From the NCBI GenBank assembly GCA_043228905.1, contig JBHGNT010000004.1, positions 14,880,001 to 14,944,000 on the forward strand: a stretch of DNA of 64,000 bases. The letters are read 5' to 3'. This document shows, piece after piece, positions 13,512 to 23,728 of the stretch (the first letter of the stretch is position 1; each line of letters opens with the position of its first letter). Source of the stretch: Azolla caroliniana. Its lineage: Eukaryota > Plantae > Polypodiophyta. The notes below the pieces were generated by a model. The model was not told the DNA's origin, ran no database searches, and was given only the letters and a program-made list of their open reading frames with translations. The translations under genes were made by a program, and so were the position numbers.

Positions 13512-13535
13512 TATCATGACACTATCTCCCCCTTA

Positions 13536-16500
13536 AAGACGACGAGTGGAATGAGTCGGTGCTAATTGCGGACCGGGTTTGTCCGGATACTTTCGGTGGA
13601 AATCAGCAAGAAGATCCTATGCATTGGCAACATGCTCGACGGGTTCCCAAGTACGTTCGCTCGGACTATAACCGAGCCAATCGACCAAGTAATAAAGTTT
13701 GTTGCGAACAAGTTTGGAATCGAGGATGGCAGCAACTTCATACTCCAGTCCGGTGTCCAACTCCAGCGGGGGCGGCGGTGGTGTCACACGATTAGGAATG
13801 GTATTGGCTTTATAAGGTTCAAGAAGAGAACAATGGAAAACCGGATGTATCTGAAGCTGCGGAGGGAGATCAAGGCGGAAGGTGACATCATTAATCTTAC
13901 CCGTAATATGGAAGGGACCGAGTCGTCGATAATCCAACTTGTCGCACGGTCGAGTAGTCTTGATTTGACGACGTAAGAGCCATACTCGATCTCCGATGGC
14001 AAAAGAGGAGGGAATCCGATGACGATCCGCATAATTCTTCTGTGTGTGTTGAGCATGACGAAGGTGAGTAGAGAGATCCATCTAGATCTTGTGTAGCCTC
14101 TCCAAATGATCCTCGGCACGAGGGTTGGTAGGTAGCTCCGGAGTGTCGATCACCGACCAGCGAGGATGGAAACCGGTATAAGCGAAAAATGGGGAGACCC
14201 GAGTCGAGGAGTGAGTAGCATTATTATATGCAAACTCCGCAAAGTGGAGAATCTCAGCCCAATCGTCTTGTTGATAACTCAGGAAACACTGGAGATATTG
14301 CTCCAGCGTTTGGTTTGTTCGTTCCGCCTGCCCGTCGGTCTGAGGATGGTAGCCGGAGGAGAGGTTGCAGGAGACCTTGAGCATCTTGAAGAGATGCTGC
14401 CAAAATTTGGAGACAAATTGCGGGCCTCGGTCACTGATAATATTGTCTGGGAGGCCATGATGCCGAAATACCTCACGCATAACAAGAGCGGCGGTTTCCT
14501 CGCTAGTGATGGCTTTAGTACATGGCACAAAATGTGCCATCTTCGTATATCGATCAACGACGGTTAGGATAGCATTGAACCCCTTCGAGACCGGCAGATC
14601 TGTGATAAAATCAAGACAAATAGACTGCCACGGCTTACTTGGAATCGGTAAGGGTTCCAACAAGCCATATGGATGGTGTCGTGGCATCTTTGCTCGGCAG
14701 CAAGCATCACAGGTCCGAACGTAGTCGTCGACAAAACGGCGCATGTGGGGCCACCAAAAAGATCGCTGCACTAGCTCCAACGTCTTAGTACTACCGAAAT
14801 GTCCCGCCATATGGGTGTCGTGACAATGTTGGACGATTTGAAGGCGACAGAAGCAATCGGGGACATATACGCGCTTTTTGAAGAATAACAAACCATCATG
14901 ATATTCGAATTGTCGGTAGTCAATACCTGGTTCTTGAGACTGAGAACAGGATGCCCGAGAAGTATCAATGTGCGCCAGGATGTCTTGAGCAAAACTATCC
15001 GTCTTCAAGGTTGCACGTATGTCATCGGTAATCCGTGAATCCATCGGGGTGTGAAAAATCCGCGTCGTGTGCAATCGTGTTGGTCCCAAGATTACTTGCT
15101 TTTGATTATCAAATGTTGCATCACCAGGACGAGGTGCAAGATATGAACGTCGTGATAGTGCATCTGCTTTTCCTTGTTGCTTCCCCGGTCGATATGTGAT
15201 TTTGAAGTCGAAACGCGTGAGGAATTGCGCCCACCGAGCTTGCCGTCGATTTAGTATGCGAGCGTTCTGAAAATAAGCAAGATTTTTATGATCGCTAAAG
15301 ACAATGACCTGATGTGGAGAGCCCTCTAAGAAATGCCGGCATTGTACAAATGAATCCACGATGGCTAATAACTCCTTGTCATCTATTTCGTAATTGATTT
15401 CTGCGACATCGAATTTACGCGAATGGAAAGCCACCGGATGCAACTCTTCTTTATCGCCTTGTTGAGAAAGGATGCTACCGAGGGCGAAATCTGATGCGTC
15501 GGCCTCCATGATGAATGGTTTGCTTGTATCCACATGAGCTAGAATCGGTGCTGATGTAAAGGCTTTCTTAAGATGCCGAAAAGCCATATCTGCTTCTATG
15601 GACCAAAGAAATGCTTGGCCCTTCTTCGTAAGTTGTGTGAGAGGTAAAATAATCTTCGAGTAATCCTATATAAACTTACGATAGAAGTTAGCAAAACCTA
15701 GAAAACATTGTACATCTCGTACCGACCGTGGAATTTGCCACTCTAGTACAGTTTGGATTTTAGCTGGATCCATGGCGATGCCCTTTGAGGAGATGACGTA
15801 GCCTAGAAATTCCACTTGCTTGCAGTCAAAGCTACATTTTTCTAGCTTGGCATAAAGACCATTCTCGCGAAGTCACTTTAGTACTAATAGTACATGAGAA
15901 TTGTGCTCTTCCTGGGTCTTCGAATAAATCAATAGATCATCCAGATAAATGATCAAACAGATATCCAAGAGGTCTCTGAATATATCATTTGCCATGTGTT
16001 GGAAGACTGCGGGTGCATTGGTTAGGCCAAACGGCATAACAGTATACTCGAAATGCCCATACCGCGTGCGAAAGGCGGTCTTCCACTCATCTCCGGATCC
16101 GCACGAGGTTATACGCTCCTCGTAGGTCGATTTTAGTAAAAAACTTGGCACCATTAACTCGATCTAAAAGACTTGATATAAGAGGAAGTGCATACCTATT
16201 CCGGATGGTGACTTTATTCAATCCGCGGTAATCAACGACAAGACGAAGTGAGCCATCTTTCTTCTTCACAAAGAAGATGGGTGCACCGGCCGGACATTTC
16301 GAATGGCGGATGAGCCCGCTTGCCAAGTTCTCCTCTATGTAGGCTCGAAGGACTTCTAACTCGGTGGGTGACAAGTTGTAAATTGGTCCCCATGGTGGCT
16401 CGGTTCCTGGTTGTAAATCGATGGGACAGTCATAGGGACGGTGATGAGGAAGGGTACCGGCTTTTACCTTGTCAAATACATCGGCATAAGGATGATATTT

Positions 16501-18251
16501 TGCTGGAAGTTGTACTGAGGAGTCCTTCTTAATAGCGCTGGAAGGATGTACTAATATTGTAAATAGGAACATTGCCTCCTTGGGTCCTTCTTCGCGTAGT
16601 TGATGGAGTGAAATGGTCGAAACTTGGTGAGTTGATTCTTGGGGTGGTCGATATCGGACTTCTCTTGTTCTCCAATCTATGGCTGGATTATGTAATTCAA
16701 ACCAAGGTAATCCTATGACAATGGGATGCTCTGGACTACTAATTATATTAAATGATATTACACACACAAAACTACCTAGGACAACTTGAATGGGTTCTGA
16801 TTCTTCTACAATATTCCCGGAAGCAATGGGACGACCATCAATGACTACTACAGATGTGGGACAAGGAAGTTTTCTTAAGGATATCTGAGAAGCTTGGGCA
16901 AAATTTCGATCCATGAAACAGGAATTAGCTCCGGAATCTAAAAGTGCTAGGACGGGTACTAGGGGAGTACTTTTAGTACTAACAATGACTTGGGCTAGGA
17001 ACACATTGCTAACTTGCTTGGAAGGAATGGAACCACTAATGGGCTGTATAGATCTAGGGTTGATGTCCAACCAAACGACTCCTATTTTGGCTGGACTCAA
17101 TCGTTTAACTCTTCATCTAATTGACTAAGGATTTCAAATTTATTTGAGATACTTGGGCTATTAGTACTATGAATACTATCAAACACTCTATTAGTACTAT
17201 TAATACTATCAGACACTCCTAAGGGAAGAATTGACTCGGGTTTAGTATAGGCTACAATTTGATTTACCTGTCTTCTTGGCCTATGGGGACAATTGATTGC
17301 GATATGCCCTGGTCCACCGCAATAAAGACATAATCGATTTGCACGTCGTCGTTGCTTTTCTTCTTCCGATAACGGGCCGCGTCGACGCATGGTATCGATC
17401 TCCATCGATGTCGAAGTATTTGCTTGAGGCATGTCTCGTGCAAACGGTCTAGCCGCGAATGTGGCGTAAGTGGGCTCTGGCTTAGCGCGTGGTATCTGTA
17501 ATTGACGTTCCGAACGCCGTTCGAAGAGGCGGTTGTCACATCAGACCGCTCGACTGATTGCCTCCGTAAGAGACTTTGGTTCTTCGGGGAAGGTTAGAAG
17601 TAGATCTTTGACATCATTTCGCAGGCCATAGCGAAACTGCTCCATTAGTGCTTGATCATCCCAGAGTATGTCGGAAGCGAGTAGGCGGAAATCCGCTGCG
17701 TAGGCAGAGGCTGGACGATCGCCTTGACGCAATCGCCGGATCTTGTTGATCGCCGTCCTGATGCTGTCGGTGTCTCCAAAGCAGGCTTTGAACTCACTAA
17801 TAAAATCTTCAAAGTTATTAAGCAAGGGCGATTGTTTTTCTAGAAGCGGAGCGAACCATGCTAAGGCTGAGCCGCTAAGCAACGTGTCTATTAAGCCGAC
17901 TCGGGATGCATCAGTGGGGTATCGGGAAGGATGCATTTGGAGGACTAATCGTACCTGATTAAGGAATCCCCTGAATTGCGATCGCGTTCCATCAAATTTC
18001 ACAGGAAGTCCAATCTTGGGCTCTTCATGAAATCCTTGGGGACTTGATCCTTGTTGCAATGCAGCTTCGAGTTGTTGCACCCGTAATGCTAACTCCCCAT
18101 GTTGTTGCTGCGTTTGTTGCTTTTCTAGAGAGATTTGTTGCAGATCCCCTATCAACTGTTGGTTTTCTTGTTCCAAGGCAACAAACTTTTCTTTTAGGCA
18201 CTGTAACTTGGAGAAAACGGATTGATATTCTTGGGCGCTAACAGTAGCCAT
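13536..18251 (-). pseudogene. Chromovirus gag-pol (gag, PR, RT, RNase H, IN, chromodomain) with a few stops/frameshifts
   Basis: ORFs 17541-18326, 17097-17432, 16087-17100, 15873-16154, 14082-15587 and 13617-14081. Chromodomain YEVAAILDSKLVRNKLYYLVDWLGYSPSERTWEP. Ends approximate. Confidence 0.93.
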
Positions 18252-18839
18252 AGTAGAGGGAAAAGGGTAGGAGGATGAGGGAGAACGACAAGTAGGCTGG
18301 AGGAAAGAGGACCAAAATTGGTTCAAACTGTCAGGAATAGTACTAAAGCAGAGATGGAATTAGTACTAAGAAGAGTAGTACTATTAGTATTAGTACTAAG
18401 AGGACGGGACTACGTAATATTCCCGAGAGAGAGGAAGTGAGAAGAGGAGAGAGAGAGATAAGATGATGACAACAGCTCTTATATTATATGAAAGATAAGT
18501 ACAAATCGGCTAAGAGGCTTAAGACTGGTGTTGAACCAATTTGGTTCAAAACAATGCCTTGTGCCTCCTTTTATAGTGTTTTTAGGAATAATCCTAAAGC
18601 TTCTAAAATGTTCCAGAGATATCTGGAATATACATCAATTTTCTATGATAAAGTATAAATGAAAATAATATCCTACAAATTACAATTCATAGTCTAATGG
18701 TAAGAGCTCGACCCATGTAGCATAAGGTCATGGGTTCGAGTCTTGCCATATCATGACATTGGGAGTGCCGCGATCGTGTGGAGTAGCAAGAAGCAGCCGA
18801 AAATTGTGTTGTCGAGCACCGAAGCCGAGTATAGAGGAG

Positions 18840-19255
18840 TGTTAACTCTTCAGGCCGGACAATGGCCTAACACAGGGTGTCTACGGGAGACACTTCACCA
18901 AAGGGTGTTACGGCAACTGGATTAGACTTCAACGCTTAATCCGACTTAATTAAGTTACTTATTAGGATCGTCTTCATAACACGCGTAAGATATAACAATT
19001 AACACAGAGAGATAACAACGCTTAAGCTTTCATTAATTAACCGCTCCCTATTACATTGTATCCGGGCCTTTAAATAGGTTTCCGGTCTGTATTACAAAAC
19101 GGTGCCATCCGCACCTGTTCGGGATCGGTCCGGATCCGGAACGGCATACCGTTTCCGGTCCGTCCGTCCACACTCATAGCTTAATTACAACCACATTCCT
19201 ACTACTTAATTAGCTCTCCGTTTCCCACTCTGGACTCCTTTGCCAGCCGGTAACA
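18840..19255. mobile_element. Solo LTR (416 bp) inserted in the family B RNase H region, TSD AGGAG
   Basis: Termini TGTTA...TAACA. AGGAG at 18835-18839 and 19256-19260. The host frame EAEYRG/AAIVTCE resumes afterwards. Confidence 0.88.
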
Positions 19256-20512
19256 AGGAGCGGCTATCGTGACATGCGAAACCATATGGTTGAAGCGGCT
19301 ACTTAAGGATCTACAGGTGGGGGTATCCGATCCAACGACAATCTACTGCGACAACCTCAGCAGCATCTAGCTAGCTAAGAACCCCATCTTCCACACCCGG
19401 ACTAAGCACATTGAGGTGCACTACCATTTCGTCCGTGAGCGTGTCCTCTCCGGTGAAGTCGAACTTCAGTATGTTCTGACGGATCGGGCAGAATGCCGAC
19501 ATCTTCACCAAGCCTCTTGGTCTGGACAAGTTGCGACAATTCTCGGGTGCACTTGGGTTGCGTCACCTCGACGTGCCGAACTTGATGGGGAGAGACGTCC
19601 ATGATGACCACGGAAGGGAGCACAAAAGGAGCGGAAAAGACCGTGACGTCGAGTCGGATGACGAATTCGATTTTGGATCGGTTGAAGAAGCCGAGGGAGG
19701 ATCTACGGAAGAGTCCGAAATCGGAAATAAGGGGAGCAATCGAAAAAGAGCCGAAGCCAATGAAGCAGGGGGGAGACGAAGCCATCAAGGGCGAGAAGAC
19801 CGAAAACAAGTTGGAGACAACCAACTCGGATGAGAGCGAAAACTGGTCGGAGGAAGCCGAGTCGGTTCAGATGTTTGATTCAGATTTGCTGAATCAACCA
19901 AGGGCCAAGCAGAAGAGAAGGCAGCGGAAGAGGCGCCAACACTACAATAGCAAGGAAGCTGCGAAAGGTTGTGTAAGCAGACAAGTCGACTGGAAGGGTC
20001 GAGGCGCGCGGTATCGAACGGGTCGAGGAGCGCGAGCGAGGCGTGAAGCCAGAAGGAACCAAAGCGTAGATCCGGCGGAGTAGGTGGAACCTCAAGTTGA
20101 GCTTGAGGGGGAGTGTTGAGAGACAAGCTCAACATTCATGTGTAATACGATGCGTAACCTAGTCCGTAGACTGGGTGCGTAAATCGGTACACATAACATG
20201 GCCATATCGGTGTGAAAACCGTGAGGCCGTTGGGAAGATATTCCTCATAAGGAATAATTTTGGGAGTTAGTGTAGTAGGCTCATTTATGAGTGGTCAAGT
20301 ACTGTCAGTACTTGTATCAGCTCTATTGTCAGGGCTTGTATAAAAGGTGCTCACTGAGCACGGTGTATGTACAGATTGAGTATTATTTTGAATTGAGTTT
20401 CTGTGTGTTCTCTCTCTCTGTCTCTCCTGCATATTGTGTATATTCAAGCTCTCCATTAAACCTACATATTTTCTGTGTTCGGTTCTATTGATTCCGCACA
20501 TAATCTTTTTAA

Positions 20513-21651
20513 ATTCTCTTCAACCAGCATACCAGGTGCTCCTTCCCTTTGTTGACAAACCCCTCCGACTGTTGCATGTAGATCTCTTCTTCGAGGTCAC
20601 CGTGTAGGAACGTTGTCTTGACGTCTACTTGCTCAACCTCGAGGTCCATGCTTGCCGCAATGCTCAACACAATCCGTATGGATGTCATCTTGACTACCGG
20701 GGCAAAGATCTCATCGCCACGCCTTTTTTCTGCTAGAAACCCTTCACCACGATCTAGGCTTTGTATCTCGATGGATTTCCGGCGTCTCCCAGTTTCAGCT
20801 TGTACATCTACTTGTTCCGGAGCGCTCTCTTTCCTTTCGCCAGCTCCGTTAATTCATATGTGTGGTTCTCATGCAGGGAGTCCATCTCGTCTTGCATTGC
20901 ACTTAACCACTTGCGGATGTGGGTGTCTTTCTGCCCTTCCTCGAAGCTTTCCGGCTGGCCCTCGTCGATCAGCAACACATGCTCTGCATCCGGAAATCTC
21001 CAGGGGGGCCTTCTCTCTCTGAGAGGATATATCTTTCCTTGATTTTCAATCACTGGTTCCTCCGTTTGTTATTCATCCAAATCCGATTCGGGTTCTTGTC
21101 CGATTCTTCTTCTTCGATCGGTTCGCTTTCTTGTCCGAAACTGACCGGTTCTTGGAGTGTCATCCGGCTTCTAGCCGGATGAGTCCTTGTATATTTTGAC
21201 TGATCTCTATTGGTCGACCCCGAGTCCACTATCTTCTTCTCCGACACCCAATCGGCAATTGTCTTATCTTCCCTAAAGACTATATCAAGATTCCGGAACA
21301 CCTTCTTGTCGAACAAGTCCCAACTCGGTACCCGAACTCATCATCGTTGTATCCAAGGAATGTGCATAGTTGGGACTTCAAATCCAACTTTGCTCTCTTG
21401 TCCTTTGCAACATGTACGTAAGGGAGACAACCGAACACCTTCAGCTGCCGGTAAGACACGTCTTTGCCGGACGATACTCTCTACAGTGGATCCCCGTCCA
21501 AGAGTGTTGCGGGTGATTTGTTTTGTCACGTACGTCACCGTCATCAACACCTCAACCCAAAACGTCTTGGGTAACTTGGCATGTGCTAGCATACTCTAGA
21601 CTCTCTCCATTACGGTCCGGTTCATCCTTTCAGCTAATCCGTTGAGCTCGG
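20513..21651 (-). mobile_element. Copia family A fragment (integrase C-terminus to RT), reverse orientation
   Basis: ELNGLAERMNRTVMERV, LAHAKLPK, QDEMDSLHENHTY and LDVKTTFLHGDL on the minus strand. Confidence 0.9.
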
Positions 21652-21952
21652 AGTTGGAAAATTGGTCTCTCCGGATGGGATCCGGTGATGAATAGAGAGA
21701 ACCCGGTGAGAACCGGAAGAGATCCGGAAACCGGATCGGTGGACCCGGTGAGAACCATAAGAGAAGACAGATTTGTAAATATGTCTTCAATAAGCCCATT
21801 GAGGCTATATTTGTAAATAGCCCTAAGTTCATATAACTATAAATATGACTTAGGGCAATCACTTTAGTGTGTGAGTATGATTGTGTTGTTGTCATATTGT
21901 TGTAACTGTTGTACAGAGAGTGAGAGAGGGAGAGAGAGAGATACAGAGCGAA

Positions 21953-23728
21953 TGTCGTGTGAATCTTCACACACTATGTAAAAAAAATAATGAAATAATT
22001 ATTATAGATTAGATTAATAGCTTACTATAGAAAGATGGATATACTCAAGAGCTTCAAAATATATTTTACTATATACAAAATGGAGAAATACATATCAAGT
22101 TATGAGAAAATAAAGTTTGATTAGATAGGGAAATTAGAACTATCCCACATAGATTGGAAAGTTAAAGCCCTGGCTATATAAACACCTTGAGCTCCCTCAT
22201 TTTTCATTTGTGCTAAGAGCACTTTGGCCACTTTGTCTTGATGGATGATGGTGGCCAAATTCCCCAAATCCGAAAACCGGCCGGTATGCAATCCGGAAAC
22301 TGGTCGGTAAGCAAAACCGGAACCGGTCGGCAAGCAAAACTGGAACTGGAACCGGCAAGCAAACCGGAATTGGCCGGCAAGCAAAACCGGAACCGGAATC
22401 GGCGAGCAAACCGGAACCCGGCCGGTAAGCAAAACCGGAAACCGAAACCGGAACCGGCGAGCAAACCGGAACCCGGCCGGTAAGCAAAACCGAAACCGGC
22501 AAGTAAATCGGAACCGGCCGATAAGCAAAATCGGAACGGGTATGCAAACCGGAAACCGGCTGGTAAGAAAAACCGGAACCGGCCGGCAAGCAAAACCAGA
22601 AACCGGCCGGTAAGCAAAACCGAAACCGGTCGGCAAGCAAAACCGGAACTGGAACCGGCAAGAAAACCGGAACCCGGCCGGTAAGCAAAACCGGAAACCG
22701 GAACCGGAACCGGCGAGCAAACCGGAACCCGGCCGGTAAGCAAAACCGGAACCGGCAAGTAAATCGGAACCGGTCGGCAAGCAAAACCGGAACCGGCCGA
22801 TAAGCAAAATCGGAACGGGTATGCAAACCGGAAACCGGCCGGTAAGAAAAACCGGAACCGGCCGGCAAGCAAAACCAGAAACCGACCGGTAAGCAAAACC
22901 GGAACCGGTCGGCAAGCAAAACCGGAACTGGAACCGGCAAGAAAACCGGAACCCGGCCAGTAAGCAAAACCGGAACCGGAACCGGCAAGCAAACCGAAAC
23001 CAGCCGGCAAGTTAAATCGGAACGGGAACCGACCGACAAGCAAAATGGAACCGGCTACCGGACGAGGTTGGACGCGGACGGACAAAAGATTGGATCATGC
23101 AACAAACTAAAGTAAAGTGAAGAGAACTAAAGTAAAGGCCATGTGGACACAAGCAACTAAAGGAGTGCATGGAAAAAGTAAAGGTCATGTGGACAGTCAC
23201 ATGCAACCAAAAGAAAAAGCTAGGCAACTAAAAGTAGAGGCCATGCAACAAAAAGTGGAAAAGCTATGATCAAGGGAGAACTCCATATGTATTCCATTTT
23301 TTTTCCTACACTAAGACTCACTCTCCATATTATCTAAAAAAATTTCTTTTGTTGGGGAGCTCTCTTATCTTATCGAAGCCAATAACCCTAATCTTCCCTA
23401 CGGAAGCTACCTCTCAAGTAAACCATAATTTCCATACGGAAGCAATCTCTCAAAATCCAAAATTCCTTGTCAAAGCCATATCACTCAAGAATCATAATCT
23501 CTTATTTCCTCTTATCTATTATTCTAATCATCTCCATAAGATAAAACTTTTGTAATCCCAATCTTGGGATTGATTGTAATATTTCTTTCCCTTTTATTAA
23601 TGAAATTTGTTAATCTTTCTCATTTCGGTTAATTCTTAGTATATAAATACACGAATTTGATATCCTTTAGACAAAGGCCCCGGGGTCTTGCCTCAACGTT
23701 CACGTATCCTCGTCGTATTTTCGCGACA
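21953..23728. mobile_element. Probable large solo LTR (1776 bp) with an internal satellite-like array, inserted in a family A LTR
   Basis: Termini TGTCGTG...CGCGACA. The host LTR resumes at 23729. Flanks GCGAA/GCATT are degenerate versions of the uninterrupted site GCGTT (28351-28355). TATA-like CTATATAAA near 22174. Confidence 0.72.
22270..23060. repeat. CCGG-rich tandem array (GCAAAACCGGAACCGGC-type monomers) with a ~279-bp higher-order period
   Basis: The marker GGGTATGCAAACCGGAAACCGGC recurs at ~22538 and ~22817. Dozens of 6-25 bp AACCGG-based subunits. Confidence 0.92.

Larger units (their letters stand above)
13098..18758 (-). mobile_element. Full-length Ty3/gypsy chromovirus (Tcn1-like). 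5' LTR 18329-18758, 3' LTR 13098-13521, TSD TTGGG
   Basis: TG...CA LTRs of 430 and 424 bp; I counted about 5 substitutions and one 6-bp indel between them. TTGGG at 13093-13097 and 18759-18763. PPT AAGGGGGAGATAG abuts the 3' LTR. Order is gag, CCHC, LLDSGA protease, YLDD RT, RNase H, integrase, chromodomain. Confidence 0.96.
7249..20512 (+). mobile_element. Degenerate Ty1/copia element, family B: 5' LTR tail 7249-7294, PBS 7295-7306, gag-pol with internal ~1.95 kb duplication, two nested insertions, PPT ~20104-20113, 3' LTR 20114-20512
   Basis: PBS TGGTATCAAAGC. VWYVDSGAS protease, HSDVWGP and RSDGGKEY integrase, RT LLYVDDL. RNase H is split by inserts at 13098-18758 and 18840-19255 and reads continuously once the TSDs are removed. 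Confidence 0.92.

Noticed and set aside
22270-23060. CRISPR-like appearance of short repeats
   Set aside because: No unique spacers, no cas genes, eukaryotic context; it is a tandem array.
22121-23085. Three long overlapping minus-strand ORFs (264-290 aa)
   Set aside because: By-product of a stop-poor tandem repeat; the translations are low-complexity and open in all three frames.
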